Shown here piece after piece: positions 40,535-50,480 of a DNA stretch of 64,000 nucleotides. The position numbers and the translations under genes were made by a program. Origin of the DNA: an uncultured bacterium (GTDB lineage Bacteria; Fidelibacterota; Marinisomatia; Marinisomatales; UBA1611); contig CBFIBM010000005.1 in assembly GCA_965660855.1 (NCBI GenBank), forward strand, positions 33,466-97,465, given 5' to 3'. Position 1 is the stretch's first letter, and each line of letters starts with the position of its first letter. The notes under the pieces were generated by a model that worked only from the letters and a program-made list of their open reading frames with translations, searched no databases and was not told the DNA's origin.

Positions 40535-41782
40535 CTATTCTCTGAAAATATTTGCACCTAAAGATCTAAATTTTTTCTCAATCATTTCATAACCTCTATC
40601 AATATGATAAATTCGACTAACGGTAGTTTTTCCTCTTGCCATAAGTCCAGCAATAATTAAAGAAGCACTTGCTCTAATATCTGTAGACATTACTGGAGCA
40701 CCAACTAATTCTTTGACTCCTCTAATGAACGCTGTATTTTTATCGACCTTTATATTTGCTCCAAACCTATTCAATTCAGGAACATGACTAAACCTATCAT
40801 GATATACAGTATCCTTTACAATAGAAGATCCATTAGCAATAGTCATTAAAGCAATCCACTGAGCTTGAAGATCCGTAGCAAACCCAGGATAAACATCAGT
40901 TGTCATATCAACAGATTTTATAGATTCTGTAGGTGAAATAGTAATTGATTGATCATTTGTTTTTATTACGCACCCTGATTCATAAAGTTTTGATGTAATA
41001 CTGTCTAAATGGTTAGGAATTATATTATTTAAAGTAATCTCTCCTAAAGAGGCTCCAGCAACCAAAAATGTTCCCGCTTCTATTCTATCAGGTATTATAG
41101 TTATATCTGCAGGTTTTAAAGAATCTACTCCTTCAATGATTAGTGTATGAGTTCCAATACCGCTAATATTTGCACCCATTAAATTTAAGAATTCACATAA
41201 TTGAACAATCTCAGGTTCCCTTGCTGCATTTTCTATTTTAGTTATACCTAGTGCTGTGGTTGCTGCCATTAAAATATTTCCAGTTGCTCCCACTGATGGA
41301 TATTCAAAAGATATATTATTGCCTTTTAATTTTTTTGCTTCTGCTAAAATATATCCACTTTCCAAAGTTATTTTTGCACCCAATTTTTCCAGAGCACTCA
41401 AATGATAATTAACTGGCCTTGGTCCCCATGCACATCCACCTGGAAGTGATACTTTCACATAACCAAATCTTGCAATAAGAGGTCCCAGAACATAAAATGA
41501 AGCTCTCATAGTTTTTACTAGATCATAAGGTGCCTCGGGGTTTACTACTTTTTCAGCGTTAATTTTTAGAGATCCGTTTTTAAAAGTACATCTTGCTCCT
41601 GTAATTTCAAGCAATTTTATCATCGTACGAGTATCTCTTAAATCAGGAACATTTTTTAAGTTAGAACTTCCATTTCCCATTAAAGCTGCTGTCATTATTG
41701 GAAGAACTGCATTCTTAGCTCCACTTATCTCTACTTCCCCAGAAAGTTTTGCTTTACCTTGTATAACTATTTTTTCCATCAA
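40535..41782 (-). CDS. murA: UDP-N-acetylglucosamine 1-carboxyvinyltransferase
   Basis: GAKNAVLP, MRAS, LPGGCAWGPRP, PDRIEAGT, YPGFATDLQAQ, HIDRGYE. Confidence 0.97.
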   Translation of the reverse strand: MMEKIVIQGKAKLSGEVEISGAKNAVLPIMTAALMGNGSSNLKNVPDLRDTRTMIKLLEITGARCTFKNGSLKINAEKVVNPEAPYDLVKTMRASFYVLGPLIARFGYVKVSLPGGCAWGPRPVNYHLSALEKLGAKITLESGYILAEAKKLKGNNISFEYPSVGATGNILMAATTALGITKIENAAREPEIVQLCEFLNLMGANISGIGTHTLIIEGVDSLKPADITIIPDRIEAGTFLVAGASLGEITLNNIIPNHLDSITSKLYESGCVIKTNDQSITISPTESIKSVDMTTDVYPGFATDLQAQWIALMTIANGSSIVKDTVYHDRFSHVPELNRFGANIKVDKNTAFIRGVKELVGAPVMSTDIRASASLIIAGLMARGKTTVSRIYHIDRGYEMIEKKFRSLGANIFRE

Positions 41783-41790
41783 TTTCTCCG

Positions 41791-43377
41791 TTAATCTGCC
41801 TGAAATAATTCTTTAATAATCTTCATACGGTCAGCATCATTTATATATTTATAATTTACAAAAGTATTCTTATTCTGAATATATTTTTCAATATGTAAAT
41901 GATGATCAGCTTTGAGAGCAATCTGGGGTAAATGAGAAATACAAATTACTTGTTTGTTTTTTGACAATTGCAATAAGTGCGATGCCACTTTGGATGCAGA
42001 TTTACCTGAAATACCTGAATCTATTTCATCAAAGACAAGTGTTTCTGCTGGATCTATATTTTCAAAAACCGTTTTAATGGCAAGCATGACTCTTGATATT
42101 TCACCCCCTGAAGCAATAAGAGACAGAGGTTTCAGAGGCTCACCTGGATTTGTAGTGAAATAGAATTCAACATTATCAATACCTTTATTATTATGAGAAT
42201 ACTTATTACCATCATAATTAACAAAATTATCATTTTTTATATAGTTTGTAATCTTAATTTCAAACTGAGCATTTTGCATATTCAAACTTTTCATTACATT
42301 TGCAATTTTTATTGAAAGCTCTGATCCAATTTTTTTTCTAGTTCTATGTAATTCAATAGCAATTTGACTAAATTTCTTTTCCAATTCAAAAATTTTATTT
42401 CTTATTTTTTCTTTTTGTTTTTCTGGATTTTTAAAATCTTTTAATTCTTGTTGAATTTCAGCTCTTTTGATAGAAATACATTCTAGTGATCCTCCATACT
42501 TTCTTTTTAATGTTTCAATTGCGCTTAGCCTTTCTTCGATTATATGAACCTCATGAGCATCAAAATCTAAGTTTGACAGCTGATCATTTATTTCATTTTG
42601 TGCTTCTTGAATATTAATAATAGATTGATCAATCAGTGTTAAAATTATATTGATACTTTTATCATACTTTTCTATTGATGCTATTTTATTCTTCATATAT
42701 TCAACTTGAGGAAGAATAGATTCATTTTTTTCAGAAATGGCATAATTAGAATCTTGAAGAGTTTCAATAATCTCTTTTAAATGGGTAAGTTTTTTATATT
42801 TTTCATGAAGATCGATATCTTCATTTTCTAAAATATTTAATGAATCAATTTCATTGGCTTGGAAGTTTAATAATTCTAGTTTTTCTTTTAATTCTGTGGT
42901 GCTTTTTACAATATTAATTAAACTGTCATTAAGATGCTGTAATTCTTTGAAAATATTTTTCAAAAAATCAACTTTGTTTTCATGACCACAATACTCATCT
43001 AAATATTCTATATGTTTAATTGGATCTAAAATTATTTGCTGATCATTTTGACCATGAAATTCAATTTTAACTAATTTATGATTCTTCAGACTATTAAGAG
43101 TTATCAATTCACCATTAAAAAATGATTTCGTTTTACCATTTTTTAATATTATTCTTTCAAAATTTAAATTATTAAAATTTGTATTGATGGTTGCTTTTTC
43201 CTCTCCATTTCTGACCATGATTTTATCTGCTTTAAATCCTAAGGAGGCTCTTAACGCATCTAGAATTAGAGTTTTACCTGATCCTGTCTCACCAGTGATA
43301 ACAGTAAGTCCTTTTTTAAATGGTATATTAAGATCTTTTATAATTGCAAAATTATTTATTGTCAGGCTTTGTATCAT
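41791..43377 (-). CDS. recN: DNA repair protein RecN
   Basis: TGETGSGKT, HGQ, ASGGEISR, FDEIDSGISG, QVICISHLPQIA. Confidence 0.95.
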   Translation of the reverse strand: MIQSLTINNFAIIKDLNIPFKKGLTVITGETGSGKTLILDALRASLGFKADKIMVRNGEEKATINTNFNNLNFERIILKNGKTKSFFNGELITLNSLKNHKLVKIEFHGQNDQQIILDPIKHIEYLDEYCGHENKVDFLKNIFKELQHLNDSLINIVKSTTELKEKLELLNFQANEIDSLNILENEDIDLHEKYKKLTHLKEIIETLQDSNYAISEKNESILPQVEYMKNKIASIEKYDKSINIILTLIDQSIINIQEAQNEINDQLSNLDFDAHEVHIIEERLSAIETLKRKYGGSLECISIKRAEIQQELKDFKNPEKQKEKIRNKIFELEKKFSQIAIELHRTRKKIGSELSIKIANVMKSLNMQNAQFEIKITNYIKNDNFVNYDGNKYSHNNKGIDNVEFYFTTNPGEPLKPLSLIASGGEISRVMLAIKTVFENIDPAETLVFDEIDSGISGKSASKVASHLLQLSKNKQVICISHLPQIALKADHHLHIEKYIQNKNTFVNYKYINDADRMKIIKELFQAD

Positions 43378-43721
43378 TTTTTTGATAGAGAGAAAGATTT
43401 AAAAGAAAATGAAATAAAACATATACCCAAAAAATCTGCAATAACATCATATATACTTGAATCTCTACCAGGAATGAAAGATTGCCAGAGTTCATCAAAA
43501 ATACCAAAAGTCAAACCAAATATTAGGGTGAAAAGATAAGTAGATTTAAAAAGTTTAAGTTTTGTTCTTAAACAAATGAAACCTAAAAATGAATATTCAA
43601 TAAAATGAATAACTTTATCAAATCCAAAATTTAATTTTCCAGGTACTGAATCACCTGGGATACTAGAAATCAAAATAATAAATAATGAAAAAAGGAAAAG
43701 ATGTAATCTTCTACTATTCAT
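43374..43721 (-). CDS. VanZ family membrane protein
   Basis: DKVIHFIEY, DELWQSFIPGRDSSIYDVIAD. Confidence 0.88.
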   Translation of the reverse strand: MNSRRLHLFLFSLFIILISSIPGDSVPGKLNFGFDKVIHFIEYSFLGFICLRTKLKLFKSTYLFTLIFGLTFGIFDELWQSFIPGRDSSIYDVIADFLGICFISFSFKSFSLSKK

Positions 43722-43730
43722 AAATAGATA

Positions 43731-44114
43731 TCAATCTAAAGTATAAATTGAAAACGCAGTAGCGTATTTTCTAATATGGGAGATAGAGACTTTAAAATTC
43801 CCTTTATGTTCAAAATGTATTTTGACTAGCGGTGCACCATCTCTTGAGTTAATTATCTCAATCATGTTTAAAGGTATAGAGTTTTTATATCCTGATGATT
43901 TTAAAGCTTTAATGATAGATTCTTTTGCAGCAAATCTTCCCGCAAAATGTATAGAAGGATTGTCAAATTGATTGCAATATTCTTGTTCTTTTAAAGTATA
44001 AATTTTATCAAGGAAACGTTTTCCATTTTTAATAAGAGAAGATCTTATTCGACCAACTTCAATAATGTCTGTTCCTATGAATGTATTATCCAAACGTAGA
44101 ATTATGCTCATCAA
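43731..44114 (-). CDS. acpS: Holo-ACP synthase (start may be TTG 44093)
   Basis: GTDIIE, FAGRFAAKESIIKAL, GAP, SISH. Confidence 0.93.
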   Translation of the reverse strand: MMSIILRLDNTFIGTDIIEVGRIRSSLIKNGKRFLDKIYTLKEQEYCNQFDNPSIHFAGRFAAKESIIKALKSSGYKNSIPLNMIEIINSRDGAPLVKIHFEHKGNFKVSISHIRKYATAFSIYTLD

Positions 44115-44787
44115 TTATCATAACTAATTGATAAATATCATTTAAATCCCAATTTGCGCCGGATTGAGTAGTTCCAAAAGTATCTCCGTACTGAGCAAAA
44201 GCGGTATACATGCCAATTTTTTTTGCACCTACAACATCTCTATCCGGCCAATCTCCAACCATAATGGTTTCATCAGGGTTAAGCCCTAATTTTTCAAGCG
44301 ACATTTTAAATGGTTTTTCAGAAGGTTTCCTTTCGCCCGTATCATCAAAAGTTACTACAACATCAAAAAAATGATATAAGTTAAGGTAATAAATCCGCAT
44401 CCATGCTTCTCTGCTTGGAGCGTCTGAGACTACACCAAGTTTAATACCTGATTTAGCAAGAGACATTAACGTTTTATTTACATTTGGATAAACCATTAAG
44501 TTTGCTTCCCTAGCTCTGCGATATGCAACTATTCCTGCTGCTAAAAATTTATGTTCCACTCTTCCTATTTGTTTTTCAATAAAAACATCAAATACTTTTT
44601 GATTCTCCCAACCAAACTCACCATAAATGGCAATAATTTCATCATAAGATTGTTTTTCATCAACAAGTAAACCTGCCTCAATCATTCCTTTGATAGCAGC
44701 TTTAACAGCAAACTCTTTCATTTTCATAAAATCGAGAAGAGTGTTGTCTAGGTCAAAGATAACGCCTTTTATAAGAGGTTTTCCCAC
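44086..44787 (-). CDS. HAD-superfamily hydrolase, subfamily IA (TIGR02253-like)
   Basis: FDLDNTL, VSD, RKP, MVGDWPDRD motifs. Confidence 0.88.
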   Translation of the reverse strand: MGKPLIKGVIFDLDNTLLDFMKMKEFAVKAAIKGMIEAGLLVDEKQSYDEIIAIYGEFGWENQKVFDVFIEKQIGRVEHKFLAAGIVAYRRAREANLMVYPNVNKTLMSLAKSGIKLGVVSDAPSREAWMRIYYLNLYHFFDVVVTFDDTGERKPSEKPFKMSLEKLGLNPDETIMVGDWPDRDVVGAKKIGMYTAFAQYGDTFGTTQSGANWDLNDIYQLVMIIDEHNSTFG

Positions 44788-44790
44788 TTT

Positions 44791-46089
44791 TTACTTTTCG
44801 TATTTTGCAGGGTTGTTTATTTCATCAATTTTACGCTCTGCCATTTTTCTCCAATCTCTATCTTTTCTTGCTTCTTCAAAATATTTTTTGGCCCTTGTAT
44901 TATTTTTCTTACCTTTTTCAGCTATTCCTAATTCAAGCCATCCTCCACCAAATTTATTTTTCAAATCCACGCAAGATTGAGCAGCTCTAGAAGCCTCAAT
45001 ATAATTTTCTAGGTGATTATAAGCAGAGGCTAAATTAAAATACTTATTGTAATCCTTTTCATCAATTTCTGTAGAAATTTTTAAATTTTCTGCTGCCTCT
45101 TTAAATTTTTCTTGTAAGATAAATAATAAACCAAGGCGCATAAATCCATCTGCATAATCCGGGTCAATCTGTGTTATAGTTTTGAGAATATCTTCAGCTT
45201 CCTTATAATTATTTTTATCAGTATATAATTTGCCCAAATTCCCATAGGCCTTTGAATACCCAGGATTAATTTCGATTGCTTTAGTGTAGTGCTCAATTGC
45301 TTGATCAACTTTCCCATCAGATTCATAAGCAGTTCCTAATGTAAACCATGTTTTATCATGATCAGGCTTAATTTCAAGGACTTTACCCAAGGTATTTATT
45401 GCCATAGAAGACTTACCTTGTTTTTTTTGTAAAACACCAAGTTGAAAATATGCTAGATAAAATGCTGGATCAAATGACAATGCTTTTTCATAATAGCTTG
45501 AAGCTTTTGATAGATCACCGCGTTTATATGCTTTATTTCCGGCGTTTAAAAACTGTTTTGTAACATTATCTAATCCTTTTCTAGCTTTGGTATGATCTGG
45601 GTAAATTTTCAATGCATTACTAAAATGTTCCGCTGCACCTTCAATATTCTTTTGTCTAAATCGTGTTAAGCCCTTGTAAAACTCTGCTTCCGGATAATAT
45701 GGATGCTCACTTAATATAACATCATAAGCCTTAATAGCTTCCTCAAATAGCCCTTGTTGTACATTCCTATTCCCATTCTGTATATATTCAGAAATTTTAG
45801 ATATTTTATTTGACCATTCTCTAAAATCTTCATCTGCTTGTACGGCTTGTATAGCATACTCATTAGCTTTTTTTAAATCGCCTTTATGAAGATATAATTT
45901 TGATAGACCTTGAAGTGAAGGTGCAAAGGAAGGATCAATTTTAAGAGATTCTCTAAGTGCATTTTCTGCATTATTAATTTCTGTTTTTTCTAACATATTC
46001 AATCCTTGATTGTACAAAAATTCAGGATCTTTTGAAAAAATTGCAGAAACTATGGTTATTAGAAAAAGTGGTTTACATATCTGTGACAT
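44791..46089 (-). CDS. Secreted tetratricopeptide-repeat protein
   Basis: Signal peptide and about 10 TPRs (e.g. AIEHYTKAIEINPGYSKAYGNLG). Confidence 0.9.
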   Translation of the reverse strand: MSQICKPLFLITIVSAIFSKDPEFLYNQGLNMLEKTEINNAENALRESLKIDPSFAPSLQGLSKLYLHKGDLKKANEYAIQAVQADEDFREWSNKISKISEYIQNGNRNVQQGLFEEAIKAYDVILSEHPYYPEAEFYKGLTRFRQKNIEGAAEHFSNALKIYPDHTKARKGLDNVTKQFLNAGNKAYKRGDLSKASSYYEKALSFDPAFYLAYFQLGVLQKKQGKSSMAINTLGKVLEIKPDHDKTWFTLGTAYESDGKVDQAIEHYTKAIEINPGYSKAYGNLGKLYTDKNNYKEAEDILKTITQIDPDYADGFMRLGLLFILQEKFKEAAENLKISTEIDEKDYNKYFNLASAYNHLENYIEASRAAQSCVDLKNKFGGGWLELGIAEKGKKNNTRAKKYFEEARKDRDWRKMAERKIDEINNPAKYEK

Positions 46090-46157
46090 CTATCTCTCTT
46101 TAGTTTTTTTATATACTTATTATTTGATATTATAAATTTAGAAAAATTTTATCTGAA

Positions 46158-47309
46158 TTACTTTTCATTAATTGGTAGAGTATCAATTTTTTTATCCATT
46201 GATATTATTTTTGAGTCCATTTTTGTTATAGAAATATTTATATCTTTTATGGAGCTCTCTAATTTAATTAACATACTATTTAAACTATTAACAACATCAT
46301 CTATTTTAGAAATTTTTTCATTAGAAACTTTTAAATCACGTGATATATCTTGTAATTTTGTATCAAGTATTAATATATCATTCTTAAGGTCGCCTAAATC
46401 TGCATTAAATTTTTCATGATCTTTTATATTTTTTTTATCAATATCATTGATTTTTTTATCTAATATTTCATTTTTATTATTCAAACTTATTACAAGTTGA
46501 TTTAATTGGATTTCAATATCACTAGTCTTGAGATCAATTTTATTATTTGTACCTTTTATGGTGTTTTTATTTTCTTCAATTGCATTTTCAATAGCACTAA
46601 AACTACTTTGAACTCTATTTACTTCTTGAATTTGATTTGCTACCGCTCCAGACATCATATCAATCTGATCTCTCTGAAGTTTTTGATTTTCTCTGTTAAC
46701 TTGGATATCCTTCTTAATATTAGAAAGGTTTCCTGTTAAAAGGTAAGATTGGTTAGAAGTAACATCTAATTTTTGTTTTACCTTAATAATATCATTATTG
46801 ATTGTAGAGACCGTATCTTTTAGCATTCCCATACCCTGTCGATTTTCTGATATACTGACTCTATGGTTTACAAGATCATCCTGAACATATTCCATTTTTT
46901 TCTTTTGGGTTGTCGATTCGCTATATAGCCTCAGAAGATCTATTTCGAATTCATTTTGTAATACTTCAAGGTTTTTAAATAATTCATTCAAATTATCGAA
47001 AACTGTTTTCAATGAATCATTCCAATGGGTTACTTTTCCTGTTAAATGCGTGACATTCCCTTGTAAATAATCTATCTTCTCAGACATAAAGGTGAGGTCA
47101 CCTTTTTTTGCAGAATCCTCTCTTCCTATAACATCCAAAGGTAAAATTTTTATTGTTCCTTGTTCGGTTTTTAAAAATATTCTATGTTGATTTTCATTAA
47201 CGACTTTTCCTTGAATAATAGATCCATCTTTTAAAAAAAATATAGAAGTACTCTGTGCAAGACATACCTTAAAACTGAAGAAAATTAATAATAATGTTAG
47301 TTTATGCAT
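46158..47309 (-). CDS. Secreted hypothetical protein with a small N-terminal beta domain and a long coiled coil
   Basis: Signal peptide, LKDGSIIQGKV motif, then about 300 aa of heptad-patterned sequence. Confidence 0.8.
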   Translation of the reverse strand: MHKLTLLLIFFSFKVCLAQSTSIFFLKDGSIIQGKVVNENQHRIFLKTEQGTIKILPLDVIGREDSAKKGDLTFMSEKIDYLQGNVTHLTGKVTHWNDSLKTVFDNLNELFKNLEVLQNEFEIDLLRLYSESTTQKKKMEYVQDDLVNHRVSISENRQGMGMLKDTVSTINNDIIKVKQKLDVTSNQSYLLTGNLSNIKKDIQVNRENQKLQRDQIDMMSGAVANQIQEVNRVQSSFSAIENAIEENKNTIKGTNNKIDLKTSDIEIQLNQLVISLNNKNEILDKKINDIDKKNIKDHEKFNADLGDLKNDILILDTKLQDISRDLKVSNEKISKIDDVVNSLNSMLIKLESSIKDINISITKMDSKIISMDKKIDTLPINEK

Positions 47310-47409
47310 AACTCATGGTTTCAATAATATATAAAATATAAACTAATGTTCTGATTAGAACAACATAATGCAGATGGTATATTGATCAACTAATTTATAT
47401 AATTTTTTG

Positions 47410-47493
47410 TACCGAAGGCCGGACTCGAACCGGCACAAGGATAACCTTACTAGCCCCTCAAGCTAGCGCGTCTACCAATTCCGCCACTTCGGC
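47410..47493 (-). tRNA. tRNA-Leu(GAG)
   Basis: Reverse complement GCCGAAGTGGCGGAATTGGTAGACGCGCTAGCTTGAGGGGCTAGTAAGGTTATCCTTGTGCCGGTTCGAGTCCGGCCTTCGGTA; anticodon GAG, long variable arm, no encoded CCA. Confidence 0.97.
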
Positions 47494-47758
47494 ATATAAA
47501 ATAAGTTTCAAAATAACTCATATCACAACTCTGATCTTGTATGAATTTAAAATTTTAGAAAAAACTTTCTTAATACTTTGATTAGAACTTTTAAAGAAGT
47601 TTTAAAAAATAAATGCTTTATTAAAGAAAATAAGCTAATGCCAACAACTTGATTGATTATATTTTTAAATTGAGTCTTATTTAGTTTAATGAAATTATAG
47701 ATATATATAAAAATTTGCGTTAGTAGTAAAAGTGCAAATAAATATATGTAAATCAATT

Positions 47759-47986
47759 TTATTTAAATGATTTATTTTTAATTAATTGTTGTATATCTTC
47801 GAGTTTATTTACAACCAATTTTATTTGAATTTTAAATTTTTTTATATTCTCTTTATCTCCACTTTCTTCTAATTGTCTTAAAATTTTTGGCGCAGATTTT
47901 GCCCATTCAACTAATGTATTATATGCCTCTTTATCTAGGTTTTTGAGATCCATTGAGTCATTCAATTTATCTTTATCCTTAGGCAT
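47759..47986 (-). CDS. Small hypothetical helical protein (75 aa)
   Basis: ATG start, co-oriented after secG, protein-like charged amphipathic composition. Confidence 0.6.
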   Translation of the reverse strand: MPKDKDKLNDSMDLKNLDKEAYNTLVEWAKSAPKILRQLEESGDKENIKKFKIQIKLVVNKLEDIQQLIKNKSFK

Positions 47987-48031
47987 TTTTAATTTAAATC
48001 GAACAGAATAAAATATTAAAGGATACTTATA

Positions 48032-48376
48032 TTATTCGCCACCCAAATCAAGCACTTCATCAGTAGGGGCACTTAAGACTTCTTCCATTTCCTGAATGGG
48101 ATTATTATCTGCTTCTTGTTTAATTAAAGATGATGATGATGAATCATCTGGACCGGTTAAAACACTAATAATTACCGCTAAGGATAGGAACAAAGTTGCT
48201 AACCATGTAGTAATTTTACTTAAAACGTTCCCAGCATTATTGCCTCCTAAAACAGAGCTAGCCGTATTACCTCCAAATGTACCAGATAGACCTCCACCTT
48301 GACTAGCTTGCATGAGTATCATACCTATTAAGAAAACACTTACGAGTGTGTGTATTACAATTAAAAAACTAACCAT
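48032..48376 (-). CDS. secG: Preprotein translocase subunit SecG; start corrected to ATG 48376
   Basis: ILMQASQGGGLSGTFGG, LSKITTWLA; AGGAG RBS upstream of 48376; follows tpiA. Confidence 0.93.
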   Translation of the reverse strand: MVSFLIVIHTLVSVFLIGMILMQASQGGGLSGTFGGNTASSVLGGNNAGNVLSKITTWLATLFLSLAVIISVLTGPDDSSSSSLIKQEADNNPIQEMEEVLSAPTDEVLDLGGE

Positions 48377-49133
48377 TATTATTTTTCTCCTGATTGGTTT
48401 CAACAATTTTAATTATGGATGCAAAGGTGTCAACATCTAAACTAGCACCACCTATAAGAAAACCGTCTACACCAGGAACATTAATTAGTTCCTTAGCGTT
48501 ATTTGAATTTACTGAACCACCATACAATATTTGGATATCATCTATGGAATTAAATATCCCCTTTACAACATTCTTGATATATGAATGAGCCTCTTCTATC
48601 TGCTCAATAGTTGCGGTCATTCCTGTTCCTATCGCCCATACTGGTTCGTAAGCTATTATTATTTCATTTAGTGTGTCAATATCTTTCAGCCCCTCACTTA
48701 TCTGGTAATTCAAAATTTCTTTAGTCTTTCCAGATTCTCTTTGTTCATAAGTTTCACCAACACAAAAAATTGGTTTCAAATTTTCTTTAAGGATTGCTAT
48801 ATTTTTTTTATTTACAATCTCATCAGTATCACCAAAAAACTCTCTTCGCTCTGAGTGTCCAGAGATAGCATACTCTGCTCCACTAGACTTAATCATTGAG
48901 GTTGAAATTTCACCGGTAAAGGCTCCTTTTTCTTCCCAATGACAATTCTGCGCTGATTTAAAAAAAGGTGATTGAACTTTAATTTGAAATAAAGCTGTAA
49001 ATGGCGGACAGAAAATAACAGTTACATTGTCGATTTTTGAAGACTTTGTTTGTACATTTTCTACAAAATTAACTCCTTCTAAAGTTTCTTTATGCATTTT
49101 CCAATTTCCTGCAACGATAGGTTTTTTTACCAT
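48369..49133 (-). CDS. tpiA: Triosephosphate isomerase
   Basis: AGNWKM, GHSERR, AYEPVWAIGTG, YGGSV, GGASL. Confidence 0.98.
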   Translation of the reverse strand: MVKKPIVAGNWKMHKETLEGVNFVENVQTKSSKIDNVTVIFCPPFTALFQIKVQSPFFKSAQNCHWEEKGAFTGEISTSMIKSSGAEYAISGHSERREFFGDTDEIVNKKNIAILKENLKPIFCVGETYEQRESGKTKEILNYQISEGLKDIDTLNEIIIAYEPVWAIGTGMTATIEQIEEAHSYIKNVVKGIFNSIDDIQILYGGSVNSNNAKELINVPGVDGFLIGGASLDVDTFASIIKIVETNQEKNNNG

Positions 49134-49134
49134 A

Positions 49135-50322
49135 TTAATTCTCCAATACTTTTAATGCCGGTAATTGGTTACCACTTAATAATTCTAGAGATGCTCCGCC
49201 ACCGGTTGAAACATGAGTCATCTCATCCAATAAATTAAAATCTTCTAATGCAGAGGCAGTATCACCTCCACCTACAATAACTTTAGATCCATTTGCTATA
49301 CAACTGACAAGGTGAATTCCCATTTCTCTTGTCCCACTTTCAAATCCTTGTTTCTCAAAAACTCCCATTGGACCGTTCCAAACTATAGTTTTAGATTTGC
49401 CAAGAATACCATTATATCTAGCTAATGTGTCAGGTCCTATATCAAGACCCATGAGGTCTTTTGGTACAGAGTTAATTTTATAAGGACCCTTGGGATTATT
49501 ATCCTCGAGGCATTGACCACAGATAACATCTTCTGGTAATAGTAATTTCACATTTTGCACTCTCGCTTTATTAATAATATTTTTTGCAGTTTGAATCATG
49601 CTTTCATCAACCAATGATCCGCCGATCTCTTTTCCTTTAGCTTTCAGAAATGTAAATGCCATACCACCACCAATAATGATGTAATCAGCCTTAGATAAAA
49701 ATTGATCAATTAAACCTAATTTTGTATCTATTTTTGCACCTCCAAGTATGAGTGTGAGAGGTTTCTTGGGATTGGTCATAAATCTTTGTAAAAAATTTAA
49801 TTCTTTATCCATTAACCAACCTATACCATAATGTTTAAAGGAGCGAACAACCCCAACATTCGAGGCATGTGCTCTATGGGCGGTACCAAATGCATCATTT
49901 ATATAGATTTGTCCGTGCCTGGCTAATTGGGTAGAGAATATTGGATCATTCGATTTTTCAGCAGAGTTAAATCTTAGATTTTCTAAAAGATGAATTTCTC
50001 CAGGCTTTAAACTTAAGGAAGTATCAATCGAATCGGTCGAGATTGGATCATTTGAAAATTTGATTGGCATTTCTAATAAACTTGCAAGTTCTTCACCAAC
50101 TGCCATCAAGCTAAGATTTTCATTCTTTATTCCAGTAGGTCTCCCCAAATGAGACATTAAAGTAATAGATGCACCTGACTCTATACATGTTAATATTGTT
50201 GGCAATGCAGATTTAATTCTAAAGTTATTTGTGACCTTCTGATTCGCAACCGGTACATTGAAATCAACGCGCATCAGAATATTTTTTCCTTCTAAATCAA
50301 ATGCTTTTAATGTTTTTATCAT
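49135..50322 (-). CDS. pgk: Phosphoglycerate kinase
   Basis: RVDFNVP, SHLGRP, LLENLRF, DAFGTAHRAHAS, WNGPMGVFE, STGGGASLE. Confidence 0.98.
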   Translation of the reverse strand: MIKTLKAFDLEGKNILMRVDFNVPVANQKVTNNFRIKSALPTILTCIESGASITLMSHLGRPTGIKNENLSLMAVGEELASLLEMPIKFSNDPISTDSIDTSLSLKPGEIHLLENLRFNSAEKSNDPIFSTQLARHGQIYINDAFGTAHRAHASNVGVVRSFKHYGIGWLMDKELNFLQRFMTNPKKPLTLILGGAKIDTKLGLIDQFLSKADYIIIGGGMAFTFLKAKGKEIGGSLVDESMIQTAKNIINKARVQNVKLLLPEDVICGQCLEDNNPKGPYKINSVPKDLMGLDIGPDTLARYNGILGKSKTIVWNGPMGVFEKQGFESGTREMGIHLVSCIANGSKVIVGGGDTASALEDFNLLDEMTHVSTGGGASLELLSGNQLPALKVLEN

Positions 50323-50338
50323 ATATTAAAAAGTTTAA

Positions 50339-50355
50339 AAACGTATCATACGTTT
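50339..50355. promoter_or_regulatory. Perfect palindrome AAACGTAT-C-ATACGTTT, candidate operator between the divergent pgk and PPDK-like genes
   Basis: 8-bp arms around a 1-bp centre, 17-33 bp upstream of the pgk ATG. Confidence 0.45.
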
Positions 50356-50480
50356 AAAATGGTTTCTTCTTTAGCTTTTAAATTTAATAGATTTTTACTT
50401 TAGATTTCAAAAAAAAAGCAAACTCGAACTTTAATGTAAGTAGAAGTTCTATATTATTTAGCACAATTGTATATTTACAT

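Noticed and set aside
43374..43721. VanZ-family gene as evidence of glycopeptide resistance
   Set aside because: The family is widespread in housekeeping contexts and no van cluster genes are present.
47547..47756. 69-aa hydrophobic ORF upstream of tRNA-Leu
   Set aside because: TTG start, no clear RBS, and an F/I/K/L/N composition expected from random very AT-rich DNA.
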